A stretch of DNA of 64,000 nucleotides from Thalia democratica (lineage: Eukaryota): contig OZ241832.1 in the NCBI GenBank assembly GCA_965202585.1, positions 45,012,001 through 45,076,000 of the forward strand. Reading direction: 5' to 3'. Numbering within the stretch: the first letter of the stretch is position 1; each line of letters starts with the position of its first letter. Below are positions 34,270-47,125 of the stretch, piece by piece. Under the pieces are notes generated by a model. It worked only from the letters and a program-made list of their open reading frames with translations, searched no databases and was not told the DNA's origin. Both the position numbers and the translations under genes were made by a program.

Positions 34270-36125
34270 TATAAAAAAACTTAAATTTAAATTTTCTTAT
34301 ACTAAACTTAAAATAAATCTAGCTTATATAAGTTGAGTAAAAGTAGACTATCAAATGTAAAATGCCTACGGCTAACTTGAAACCTTTTTTTTTTTTGAAT
34401 AAAAACCGTAGCATGTTTAAAATTAACATTCTAAAATACATATGCTGCACATAACTTTATCATGTTTTTGAATTAAGTTTTTATTTTTTGCATTTAAATA
34501 TAAATAAAACTAGAAAGGTATGCAAAAAAATAGTAAACGTTTAACTTCGTTTAACCTTTAAGCTACAAAATGCTCAACTTTATAAATAAAAAATAATAAG
34601 GCAAGTAACTAAGTTGTAGCACTTTATATTAAAATATTTTATTTACGTGTTAACATTCAAGGTTAACACTCAATACGTGTTAACATTCAATGATTCATTA
34701 ACAATCAATGCCTAAAGTATTTAGCAAAAAACCTAAATATAAAATTATTAATAAACATTTGTTATTAACTAAACTAAGTATCATAGTTTCTAAAATATAA
34801 AATACATAAAACTTTTGTTTTAAGAATCTTATTATGAAATTTTATTTTTACTTTAATAGAAACAACTTAAGACAACATTCGTTATTAATGTAACCTATTC
34901 AAATAGAAATATTTAGGAAATAAATAACGTTAAAAACTTTTTTTGTAAACATTTTGTAGAAGAATAACGGTATTATCATACTTACTTTTTAATTAATGTT
35001 CAACTACGTACTTAAAAGTTTTCAACGTTTAGCTTACAAGTAGCATATTTTTCTAATTAAAATAACTTATGATAAACTGCTTAAGTTTTTTTTTTGTTTA
35101 TAGCTTTTCAAGTTTTCATTTGGTTCTTTTTTTAAATATAAATGTAAAACTTTTTTAATTCTTCAAAAATGCTCTTTATTTAATTTAACTTTTGAAAAGA
35201 AATAAAAGATAAGGTTCGAAAAGCTTCAAGATTATAAACTTATAAAAATAAATATTATAGTCATATTAAGTTACAAATAGTGTCTAAACACAAAAAAAAT
35301 TCTTCCGACAAAAAAATTTGTTTATATCTGCTTTGACACAGAAATTTTATTAATCTAATTAGTTCGCGGTCTGGTTTTAGTGTTATTCAGATTCGGATCC
35401 GAATCCGGTCGGATCTGGCCGTCTTTTGCTTAAATCCGGATCCGGCCGGATCCTAGCTGATATTTGACCGGATCCGGATCCAGTTAGTTTGGAAAGACTT
35501 TGTTTTCCGCAATCAGCTTCTTTCAGTTTTATATACTTAGATTATTGTTTTTTGAATGTTTAATATATATAAAATTAGTCAGACGAAACATACTAATGAA
35601 AGTTTAGTTAATTCAATAATTTGTTGTAAACACACAGGGGTGACAAATTCGCCTATTTTTTATTAATTTGTAATTTCAATTTTCGACAATTTTTGTGTGT
35701 TGGCGGTTAATGTATTATCTTACTGAGTCGTTGTTCTTTATAAGCTGTATTTGCACTAATTTTGTACATATTGTTTATAAATTGTTGTTTCTTATTGCTG
35801 TTATTAACTTAAATTTCACAAATTAAACTATCTGTAACTGTAACACTGGTTGTTATGATTTCTCACCTATATTTAGATAAAAATTAAAATACTAAATACT
35901 TATTTTCTTATGTTTAATATTTATTTTCTTAAACATTTTTATAACCATGGAGCAGAAAAAATTATATCTTGTCCGGCACCTCCACCATAAATATAAGACT
36001 AAGAGGAGTTTTAAATCTATGTACAAAAGTAATCCCTTAAGACAGGCCTCAAGGGTTACAACTGGTGACTCGACTCTGATTTTGACACCCAACCTTCTAA
36101 CTCAGGGAATGTTTAAAATGTCACA

Positions 36126-36725
36126 ATGGCAAACTATTCAGGCAACAGGACTTTAATAGTTTCAGGCAAAAACCCAGATACGGCCAGTGTCCCCACTCCC
36201 AGTCAGGCAGTAAATCATTCAGACAACAGGACTGTCAGATGCTCAGGCTGTAACCAAGATAGGGTTAGAGTTTCCATCCTAAGTGAGTTGACTAAATCTT
36301 CAGAAGAACAAATAAGGGAACTAAAACTCTAAAATGAAGAGTTGGAGAGGCAGAAAGCAGCTAAATTACTAGAAGAAGAACTCTACAAACTCCAGCTCCG
36401 AAACCTTGAATTGAATAGACAGATAGGTCAGGAGCACCAGGCTAACCAGGAAAGGAATGAGGTAAAGTCAAGAAAAAAAAGGTATGATGTAATACAGAGT
36501 CTTTCTACTTCTGTAAGGCAACCCTCAATACACAGGGAAACCCCAAAGTTTGCAGCTAGCGCTAGATATACAAACCGTAGATGTGGCAATCCAGACATAT
36601 GTCCTATGAGAAATGTGAAAGTTTTCATTTCACAAAAAGACTCATATGACATCAATAATGATAAATACAGACCGTACGGCCTGAGAGGGAGAAACATCTT
36701 ATCAATTATGCAGAGAGTTTCATGA
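36126..36725 (+). pseudogene. Gag-like coiled-coil ORF of the LTR element, one in-frame stop
   Basis: ORFs 36126..36332 and 36342..36725 share a frame, separated by one TAA; begins just after the PBS; heptad-like E/L/K stretch. Confidence 0.6.
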
Positions 36726-37099
36726 TTAACTCATCAAAAATCAAATTTTTAGGAAGTATTCAGATAAATGTTAGCTTCTTAGGTTTTAATCACCTTAAAG
36801 TTCGGTTTCTCAGGAAATATTCAGATGAAAATCATTCTCAGGTTTAAAAAAAAGTCTTTATATTTGAGTCTCTATTGAGACTATTTTTTCCTATGACTTA
36901 AATTATTTGGATTTTTTTTCGAAAATGTTTTGATTCTTGGAGATTTTTTATGTTTATAAAAGCGAATAAGGGTGGGAGTTATAGCAGCCTTGTTTTTTTA
37001 TTGGTTTTATAAAAATGCATTTTTTTACTAAAATGATAGTTTACTCAAAATTATGCAAAATTAAAAAAAAAATCTTAAGTGTTGAACTGATCACACGAT

Positions 37100-37520
37100 A
37101 ATGTTACTTAGTTGTATACGCGGGCCTGGCGATTACTGACTATAAGGCGCTAATATAACAACATCGTTAGACAGTTTCTTAAACTAAAGTTTAGAATGAC
37201 TTAGCTTATTAATAAAGTCGTTTTATCAAATGTGAATTAAACTTCTACTATTATTCTAATAGATGATAAGCGTTGATTGAACCTAAGCTGCTGTTTATTG
37301 AAATAGGTTTACGAGGAGTTAGCGTACTTAAATTAATATTTATTAAAGTGGTAAGATTGTTTGAAAGCTTAAACTACTTGTATGATGAAATTGAGTCTAA
37401 ATTATGGAAATGTATTTACAATGAGTTCAAGTACAGAAAAAATACAACAAACTGCTAAAAAATAACACAAAATCAACTACTTTGACTTAAAAGTCGAGAT
37501 GAAAAACAGTCGCCATCGTA
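37100..37520 (+). repeat. Dispersed repeat, second copy at 58080-58382
   Basis: Shared CGCGG(G/A)CCTGGC.ATT...CTACTTTGACT.AAAAGTCGAGATGAAAA; unclassified. Confidence 0.65.
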
Positions 37521-38244
37521 ACGCTAGTAATGATGGGAAATACATCCCTTTTTATAAATAAATATCAATACTGAAATAAATGCAACCCATGGCTCTTAGT
37601 TGCGTCAAAACTCAAAGCAACTAAAGCCTCGCTCAGTGTGATCGCCACCTTTAATATGAAGTTTGAGAGAAAATAAGGAAAGAAATAAGATGACTCTCTA
37701 CCGCTACAAAGCGGTACAGTATTTTCGTAGTATTTTTTTACTTAACCTTGAGCAAAATTTTTATTTTTTGTTTAATTTATTTTATTCTGAGTTGTTTGTT
37801 TTAACACTTTGTAAAAATTATTTGCACAATTAAAAAGATTATTCAACAAACTTTTAATTTATTTAAAATTTTTTGTAACAGTCAATTTTTTTTATTTTAA
37901 TAATATTTTATTATTTTTTGAAACTTAGATTTTTTTCATTGTGTACGTTTTTTTAACCTTAGACTTATTTTTTTTTGTAATAATTGAATGACAAAAAAGT
38001 TTTTCTTTAAGTTTTTTGTTAAATGTATTTTTAAAGTTAATCTTATATAAAATTAAAATAGAGTTATGTAGGTGAACAATGATAAGATTAAGTTTAAAAC
38101 TGCACAAACACGTTTTTTAACCAATTTTTCGTTGTGTTAGTTGTAAATTTTAATCTTAAAAAGCTTTTTGGAAGTTTTGATGCTTGGTTGGTATCTGAAC
38201 AATGCTTTCTTAGTTAGTGTTGCTCACATAACCTCTTGATTAAT

Positions 38245-38496
38245 GAGAAAAGTCTTCTGAAATAAGTGTCAGAAAACACAACAGATGAGAAAATACCTGT
38301 GATTTAAATGTGAGAAAACATCACAGATGAGAAAACTCTTGTGAAATAAGTGTCAGAGAGCACCACAGATGAGAAAATACCTGTAAAATATGTGTCGGAG
38401 AGCGCCACAGATTTAAAAATTCCTGTGAAGTATGTGTCAGAGATCACCACAGATTAGAAGATTCTTGTGAAATGCGTGTCAGAAAGCACCGCCATT
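38245..38496 (+). repeat. 42-bp tandem repeat (6 units) encoding a 14-aa EKIPVKYVSESTTD-like unit
   Basis: Unit starts at 38245, 38287, 38329, 38371, 38413, 38455. Confidence 0.88.
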
Positions 38497-41086
38497 GAGA
38501 GCAAGGTAGTAGAAGATAAAAGAAATCCTTCTGCATCCTGTTTCATGGGATTTGATTCAACCGTGAGCAAAAACGACGACATTTGAATGCAGTGATAAGA
38601 GGGGACGATCAAGACGGAGAGGAGTTTGAGAGGAAGCAGAAGCAGCGACATTTGTAAGCCGTTATGAGAGGGAACGGTTCAGAGGACGACGAGTGCGTGG
38701 TGAAGCCGCAGCTACACTAGAGGAACAAAAACTTAATAAGACTTAACTAATTCTAATAACTTAACTGTGTTTTGAAGTATGGTTTATGTCAGTTTTTCAT
38801 AGTAAAATTTTTGATCTTTCATAAAAATCATAATATAAAGCAGCGCTTGACTAATTTTTTGAATTCACATGTATTAAAACTTTTTGACTTTGATTTAACA
38901 AAAAAAACGTGGTTATAGAAACCCCTCGTAAGGGCTTCAGTTGAAGGGCCAAACAAAAGAAAATGTGACAAGTTCGCCCATTTTTTATTAAATATTAATT
39001 TAAATTTTCAGCCATTTTTCTGTGTTGGCGGTTAATGTATTATCTTATTGAGTTGCTGTGATTATAAGCTGTTATTGCACTAATTTTGTACATATTGTTT
39101 ATAAATTGTTGTTTCTTATTGCTGTTATTAATTTAAATTTCAAAGATTATACTATATGTAACTGTAACACTGGTTGTTATGATTTCTCATCTATATCTAT
39201 ATAACAATTAGAATACTTATTACTTATTTTCTTGTACTTAATATTTACTTTCTTAAACATTTTTATAACCATGGAGCAGGAAAATGTAGATCTTGTCCGA
39301 CACCTCCACCATAACAACAAGACTAAGAGGAGCTTTAGCTCTACATATAAACGTAATACCTTAAGACAGGCCTCGAAGGTTACACTGGTACGTACATACA
39401 TTAGAGTAAAAATAGTGAATTGTTAACAACGAGCTTTGCACTAAAAGGAAATAGAATGTTCTTACACTGACTTTGATATTTGTGAAAACATAAAAGAGAT
39501 GCTTGAAAATTGGGGTCTTATAATAAATCGCATTCACGTTTTTCTGTGCGACAGTGCATTTAATATAAAGGCTAGTATGTTGTTGTTAGAATTTTCTTCT
39601 GTATTCTGTTTCATTCACACGCTTCAACTGATAGTTAAAGATTCACTGTTTAGAAAATAACACAAGTGTGTTAAAAGCTAAGGCCCGTTAAACTGTTAAT
39701 TGTTTAAGATGTTGAAATTGATGCCCTGCTAATTGTGCAAGATGTTGTAACAAGGTGGAACTTAACCTACCTTATGCTGAAAAAGACTAGAAAACTATAA
39801 ACAAGTGTCCAGAACTACATAGCTAACAATAAATTTACACCCGAAAATATTCTTACAGCTGATGAATGGAAACTTGATAGCCTCCTTAATGAACTTCTCG
39901 AACCTTTTTACATAGTAACGCAGCAATGTAATAAAAAAACGCATTGATGTCAAGTGTAATCCTGCATGCAGCAGTACTAAAAAAGTTTTTTAATCACAAA
40001 ACTAATAGTCCAACAGGTAAAAGTAGTTATATAACTTTAGCAACCTTGGCAGAAAATATAGAGGCTTTCGAAAGAAGGTTTTATACTACTAATAACAGCA
40101 CACAAATAAACCTTCATGAAAACGACTTGTTTTTACTCACAAAAGCTTTCGATGCACGGTATCGACTTGACTTTTTCCCTGCTAATCTCAAATAGAAGGT
40201 TGTAAGGCTACTGAGATTAGAAGTAAAAAATCATAGTTGTTATGAGACTTGTCAAAGTTGCCAGGTTCCTCTAGTACATACCGCCTAATAAATTAGTGCT
40301 TAACTACCTAAAATTGATATTCCAAAAATTTTTTGTCGTTCTATTCTACACTTAAATCGAAAACAAGTGCAAACACTCACAAAAGTGAGCAACGAGATTC
40401 AGTTGATCAAGAGATTGAGACAGATTTTTTTTTGGCTGAAAAAAAATTATCTGCTGAAGAAGTTAAAGAACCTGAAGTCTCGTCTTGGTGGAACACAAAC
40501 AAGAAAAAATACACACATCTTGCCAGGTTTGCAAGAAGGTATCTTTCGGTACCACCATCTTCTTTTAAATCTGAAAGGTTATTTTAAGAATCTGGTAACT
40601 TGTACGGACAAAAGCAAATCGATTGCTTCCAAAAACAATGGAGATTTTTTTATTTCTTAATCACAACCAGAAAAACAAGAGTATATTTCATTGTAGCTTA
40701 ATGGCGTTGATATGAGTTAATGTTATTTACTAAATTACTTACTTTTATATATGTAAACAGTGGCTACAGAAGTTATTGTTCATCTTGTATTTCTAACTTT
40801 TGTAAATTAAAGTAAAATGTAAAGCTTATCATAAAAAATAAATAAAGTTCGTTGTATTTAAAGCTTTGTAACATTTATTTTTCTTTTACGTCATACAAGG
40901 TACGAAATTCAAGTTTAGTCGTAGAAGTAGCTTGAAATTCAACATTTAAACTAAAATTCTGTGAGGTAGATGTTTTTTTACAACGTTCTTTTTCCTAATG
41001 TTCACGTAATATATATTAGACGATAACATTGTGTTACTTTTAATATAATATTTGTTTGATCAATTTTTACTAATTAAATGTATTAT

Positions 41087-41300
41087 TTATCAAATTTGCC
41101 TTTTGTTATTAAACTTTACTTAGTTTTCGATCATTTTCGTTATATGTTGGTGGTTAATGTTTTTACTGTTTAATGTAAGCTGTATTTTATACTAACTTTG
41201 GTAGTGCCAACCTGTATCTGAAAAATTCTTCATTGTAGTTATTAATTCATTAAACCATTAAACTATCTGCAAATTTAAAACTTGTTGTTTTAAATTTATA
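41087..41300 (+). repeat. Diverged partial copy of the 35639/38964 LTR
   Basis: Shares CAAATT(T/C)GCC...TTGG(C/T)GGTTAATGT...AAACTATCTG order with both LTRs. Confidence 0.55.
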
Positions 41301-41649
41301 AAGTTTGTAAATATAAATTTAAGTTTTTTTAAAAAGTTTTTAGAACTATATAGCTATTATATATTTCCTTGTTCTTGAATACTTCTTAAATAGGGTACAG
41401 AGTTCATAAAGTAAAATCGACTTGTAAAAAGGGGCATAGAGTATAGACCCCCTTTGACCAGAACACATGTGTGTTAATAGTATGATGCATTATTCTTTAA
41501 GTTTTGTATTTAAAAAAAATTGCTTAGATAGTTTGTATTTTTTTTTTAATTTTGAATTACCCAAATGTTTATTTGCAGTAATTGTATAATTTAGTTTCCA
41601 AATTGTTTTAAAATTATACCAGTTTTTTCTTCAACAAACTAAGAAAGTC

Positions 41650-41930
41650 TTATTAGTTTTATTAGTTACTCTTTAATAAGTTAGTTTGTATCCTATATCA
41701 GCATTATCCAAAGCTCATAAACCCTGCAATGGGAATAGAAAAATTAGTTCTCCTAAGAAATGATATCTTTTTTTTACATAACTATTTAAGAGAGCTTTTT
41801 TTAATGAGGTAAATCTACAGGTGATGTAATTTAGCTTAAGTCACGGTAACATTTTTGTTGCATTGTAAAAAGTAAATACTGATGTACTTTTGCTCATTTT
41901 TCAATCAATTACTTCTTTCTTTTTTTCTTT
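41650..41930 (-). mobile_element. LINE 3'-end remnant
   Basis: LRRTNFSIP-like end-of-RT motif; short and degenerate. Confidence 0.35.
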
Positions 41931-42639
41931 TTTAATTAGGCATAAACTAAGTCTGGTAAGTTTTTTTAATTTTAAAGATTAGTTTTTAGGCTTCAAACTC
42001 AGGCTTGCTGTGCTTGGTTAGTTTTTATATTTAAAGGTAAATTTTTTGGATTTATACTCAGGAAACTCAGGATAGCGGTGTTTATAATAAGATAGTCATT
42101 AACCTTATTAAAAAATGAACACACTTAATATTACTAATTTTTTTTGATTTTTTGACTTAAAGTTACATTAAGATAAATATTTGGTGCTATCATTTCCTTC
42201 CCGTTAGTCACTACCTTTACGAAGTTTACCAAACTACTTTATTTTAAGAATATATTAAGACTTAATAGGATCAGTCTTAACTGTCTTAATGTGATTAGTT
42301 TTGTAAATTTCAAACCAAAGTGCTCTTAGGAAATGTTAACAAAGTATAAAAATTCAGGATAGTTTTTATTTTTTTAAATCTCAAGACAGGTTGACTCCAA
42401 GTTTGAGATATGAGGGGACAAAGTCGTTCAATGAAAATAATTTATTCTTAGAATTATTTTTTAGTGTCCATTTTCTATGGTTGAAGCTAATTGATTTGTT
42501 GTAAATAGTGTTTAACTAGTTGAAAAAACTATTTTCAAACAGTCATACAGTAAGAAACACACAATGAACAATATTTTGTAGCCATAAAAAATAAACATAC
42601 TTTTAAGAGAATTATGGTAAAAAATGTTTAAGTGCCCTG

Positions 42640-44500
42640 TTTTGAACCCAGTAACCGGAGAATAAGGTTTTTTGGATTGTACAATGTTCTAAATTAAACC
42701 AATGGAAAAATACAGACGAAGTGATTACCTGGTTCAAAAATTCAAAATTTAATAAAAACTACTGATTTATAAAGTTCAATATCACCAAGTTTTACCCAAG
42801 TATAACTAAAAATAATTTAATTAAAGCACTAGAGTTCGCTGAAACTTTTACCCAATAATAGACAAAGAAATGAATGTAGTAATACGCTCTTGTAAAGCAA
42901 TTTTAACACATAAAAACCAAACCTGGGAAAAAAACAACTTCAAACCAATTATTTAAAGTAAGTATGGATCATTTAACGGGGCAGAAATCTGTGATTTAGT
43001 AGAGTTATTTTTACTGAATGAAATCAAAAAAAGTAAGATTTTTACAGATAATGAATTCGGATTATATAGACATAACGGACTAGGAAAATTAAGAAGCAAA
43101 TCACCGAGATCAGCTGAAAACACTGCTAAATATTTAATTAAATTATTTAAACAAAACGGATTTAAAATAACAATAGAATCCGAATCATTCCAAACAGGTT
43201 TTTTAGATATATCCTTTAACATATTAAACTCAAGTTACCAACCCTACAACAAACTAAACTCACCAATTTTATACGTAAACAACAACTCCAATCACCCCCC
43301 GACAAATACTAAAACAACTACCGAAAACAATAAACAGAAGACTAATAAAACTATCTAACAATGCAGAATCTTTTAACAATGTAAAATTGAACACCAAAAA
43401 GCATTAAATTCAGCCAACTACAAAGATACCTTAAATACGATAAGACCACTTTATTAAAGAGAAATAAAATACAAAGAAAAAGACATATAATATTTTCAAC
43501 ACACCGTTTAGTTTAAATGTAAGTTCCAAAAAAGGTAAACAATTTTTAAATCTGATTACCACATCCTTTGATGAAAACCATCCATATAATAAAATATTCA
43601 AACGCAACACAATCAAAATACCATACAGTTGTACAAGTAATTTCAGAAGTAAAATAATAGCACACAACAATAAAATATTAACTAAAAACAATAAAGCCGA
43701 TAAAAGCACCACAAAATATAAACGTTGCAATTGCCGCAAAGAACCCTGCCCTTTAAACAACCAATGTCTAGTCTAAAACACAATATATAGAGCAACAATA
43801 ACATCAAAAAAACAACAAAACAGTACTTGTATCCACAGGAAATACTTTCAAACAAAGATACAGAAACCCAAATCATCATTTAACAATATTAACAAAATAC
43901 ATTCAACACAACTGGCAAACTAAATTTGGAATTTAAAGATAGCAATACTGACTACAAAATTAAATATGAAATATTAAACAGGACAAAATCAAAATTAAAT
44001 ACTAAATTCGGCAGCAAACTTTGTAACTTAAAAAAAAAAGAAACTGATAAATCAGACAAGAATATAACACTAAACAAGAAAAGCGAAAGACAAAATTTAT
44101 GCATTCATTATCAAAAATGATTTTTAGCAAAATTAAAACTAGCTAAATATTAAATCAAAGTAAAATTAAGCCGCAAACATGAACAGTTTAAAACATTTTC
44201 CGATGTAGTTAAAAACATTTTTCTAATACAGTTTAAAACGTTTTTCTAATACAACCTTTCCAAACTCATGCATAAGTTCTAAAATTAATAAGATCAGCGT
44301 ATTTTTTCAAACTCATCTTACTGTATGATAAACTTTCTTATTGCTAGGTCATAATAATTATAAATTTTTCAAATTCTAAATTTCTATTTAACATTGTAAA
44401 CAAACTTTAGCTTACTGATGAGTACATGAGGTTATATATCTCATATACGAAACGGTCGTATAAACTATTGTTTTTTATATTATCAAATAAACAAATATAT
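42640..44500 (+). mobile_element. Penelope-like element family A (RT + GIY-YIG + 3' pseudo-LTR)
   Basis: MGSFNGAEICDLV, GLYRHNGLG, FLDISFN, NSNHPP; CNCR..CPL then IYRA...FKQRY; 3' region contains a hammerhead. Confidence 0.9.
44409..44466 (+). ncRNA. Type I hammerhead ribozyme, intact core
   Basis: AGCUUA-CUGAUGA(44415-21)-stem II GUACAUGAG/CUCAUAUAC-GAAA(44449-52)-CG GU CG-UA-UAAACU; predicted cleavage after GUA at 44460. Confidence 0.85.
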
Positions 44501-44704
44501 ATTAATAGTTTTTAAAAAAAGTTTTTGTCGATAGCGCTCGACAATTTGAATTGGAGCTAATTTTTTTTTGATTATATAAAAACAAAACTATTTATATATA
44601 TTTATTTATTTGATTATATAAAAAACTATAGGTTTATACGACCTTTTGTATATGAGATATATTACCCCATGAACTTATTAGTAAAGCTAAAGTTTATTAA
44701 ACAG

Positions 44705-45935
44705 TTTACTTTTGGTACTAGTTTAAAAAAAAATTAAACATAAGTCACTCATTTTGAAAAGGTTTATTAATTTAATTTAGCGCGTCATCAGAATAATCTT
44801 GTTAAAAACTGGTAATAATATAGTGTAAATTTTGTTTTATACAATGATCTTAAAATGTCTTGCTAAAAATAGTTACGTCACAAAGTATAAAAGTCTGTTT
44901 AAAGGGTTAAAATTACAGTTAAGTTATACTTTGTTATTTGAAGTTATTTATAATAAATAAATTGTTAAAACAAAAACATTTAAAATAGTAGAAATTTTAC
45001 TTAAAACCTAATTAAATAAAAATTATATTACAAAATACGACAAAAAGCGACAAAAATAATACTATAAACAAACTATTTATTAAGTTTTAAGTTGTAAAAA
45101 TCTCTTTATTTGCAAATTTTCGGTTCGCGAGTTCTTATAAACAAAGATTCTAGAACTTAGAGATGGTAAGAGTTTCTCGCTCTGGATAGACTTTTGGCTT
45201 ACCGTCGTCATTAAAATTAAACTTTTTTAGCTTTTTTGTGACATGCTGCTCCCGCTTGACGTAGAAACGTTGAGATGTTTGACCTACGTAGTCATATCCG
45301 CAATGACATTGAAATATGTATACTACATTACTTAAATCATGGGTAGTTTTATTTCTAATGACGAAGTTAAGCCAAAAGGTGAACAATCATCTATCCATGA
45401 ACACCTCCTCAAAGACCCTAGTTGTGCTGAGAACAACCTGGATAGTAGGTTCAAAATTCTATCCAGAGCGAGAAACTCTTACCATCTCTTAGTTCTACAA
45501 TCTTTGTTTAATAGAACTCGCGAGTCGAGAATTTGCAAACAAATAGGTTTTTACAAATTAAAACTTTATAAATAGCTTGCTTTTAGTATTATTGTTGTAA
45601 TTTTTTGTCGTATTTTGTAATGTACTTTTTATTTAATTTGGTTTCAAATAAAATTTCTACTACTTTAATGTTTTTGTTTTAACAATTTTGTCTTACAAAT
45701 AACTTCAAGTCAGCAAAGTAAAACTTAACTCTAATTTAAACCGTTTTAAAAAACTTTTATACTTTATAACGTAACTATTTTTAGCTAGAAATTTCAAAAT
45801 TATTGTATATAACTAACTTTACACTGTATTATTATCAGTTTTTAGCAAGATTATTCTGATGACGCGCTAAAATAAATTAATTAATAAACTTTTTTTAAAT
45901 GAGCGACTTATGTTTAAATTTTTTAGTCAAAGTTT
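44705..45935. mobile_element. Penelope-like family B: tail-out inverted pair of 3' ends
   Basis: Minus GIY-YIG (VVYIFQCHCGYDYVGQTSQRF, ORF 45150..45386), plus-strand C-terminus (SSIHEHLL, ORF 45339..45575); 44720-45090 is inverted at 45581-45935. Confidence 0.85.
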
Positions 45936-46094
45936 ATTAACAATATTTAACAGAAATTTGGATTTTGAAAATTTTATAATTATTATGACGTAGTAATAAT
46001 GAAGGTTTTTGTACAGTAAGTTAAGTTTTAAAAAACACGCTGATCTCTTTAGTTTAAGAATTTATTCATTTTGAAAAGTTTAGAAAGGCTGTTT

Positions 46095-46480
46095 TTAAAA
46101 AATATTTTAAAAGCGAAAGAACAAAAGACAAAATATATGCCTTCATTACCAAAATACTTTTCTAGCAAAATTAAAACTAACCAAATATTAAATCAAAGTA
46201 AAATAAGCCGCGAATATGAGCAGTTTAAAACACTTTTCTAATACAGTTTAAAACATTTTTCTAATACAACCTTTCCAAACCCCTTTTCAAAATGCATAAA
46301 TTCTTACGAAACAGCGGAAATTAAAACTAACGAGAACAGCGTATTTTTTCAAACTCAGCTTACTGTACAAACACCTTCATTATTACAACGTCGTAATAAT
46401 TATGAAATTTACAAATTTTAAATTTCTTTTAAACTTTGTTAATAAACTTTAGCTTTACTGATGAGTATATGAGGTAATAT
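46095..46480 (+). mobile_element. Penelope-like family A 3' end / pseudo-LTR copy with truncated hammerhead
   Basis: Homologous to 44080-44435; CUGAUGA at 46458 without a downstream GAAA. Confidence 0.8.
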
Positions 46481-47125
46481 ATAATCAAGTAAACAATTAA
46501 AGCTGCAGAAAAATAAACTTTGAACAACTGTGTCTGCGTTTAATACGCTTCCTCAGCCAATATTTTATTAGGTGAAAAGCAAACTTCTAAGTACAGTAAC
46601 GAAATTTTAAAAATTGTATATTACTAAACAATAGAATAATTAATTAGTGTACTTTGAATAACATTAATAACACAGTTTTTATAAAAACTGTTTTTTGTAG
46701 TTTAAATACCAGTTTTCAATTCATTTCTTTTGTTTAGAGATTCTGATTTTTTAATTATCAAAATTTTATTTTTTCCACGTTGCATAATTTACATCCATTT
46801 TCTAAACTTTATTTGTTTTTCGTTCTATATATATATATATATTTATTTATTTATATAAACAACTTAAATAGATTAAAGTAAAAATTTTTATATTATATCC
46901 ATATAAACTAATTTAAATTGAAATAATTGATCATAATTGATTATACGAAAATTAAACCTAAAATATAAAAAATTACTTCATCCATTATTTAAAGAACTTT
47001 GTTTGCAGTACTTTGCATTACAAGTACTCTTCATATCGTTAACTGAAAATGAAGTTTTTATTGCATGTAATAACAACTAGCCTTATTAATTTTTAGTTAA
47101 GCTGATTTTTCTTTTTACATATAAG

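Larger units (their letters stand above)
35639..39384 (+). mobile_element. Pol-less (non-autonomous) LTR element
   Basis: LTRs 35639-36060 and 38964-39384 (TG...CA in the 3' copy); PBS TGGTGACTCGAC at 36063 (tRNA-Trp-like); purine tract 38951-38963; flanks CAGG/CTGG. Confidence 0.8.
35378..40700 (+). mobile_element. Decayed hAT (Ac/ZBED-like) transposon, interrupted by an LTR element
   Basis: TAGTGTT terminus and CCGGATCCGG arrays at 35378-35485; transposase remnants 39430-40600: LENWGL..CDSAFN..CFIHTLQLIV, QDVVTRWNLTYLML, WWNTNKKKYTHLARFARRYLSVPPSSFKSERLF; right end not found. Confidence 0.85.

Noticed and set aside
35947-36156. ORFs MEQ...RHLHH (also 39232..39426) as a BED zinc finger of the hAT
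   Set aside because: Both lie within the LTRs of the nested element and have no cysteine pair; they are duplicated non-coding LTR sequence.
43431-43879. Hydrophobic minus-strand ORFs (also 42953..43222)
   Set aside because: They are antisense shadows of the A-rich Penelope coding strand.
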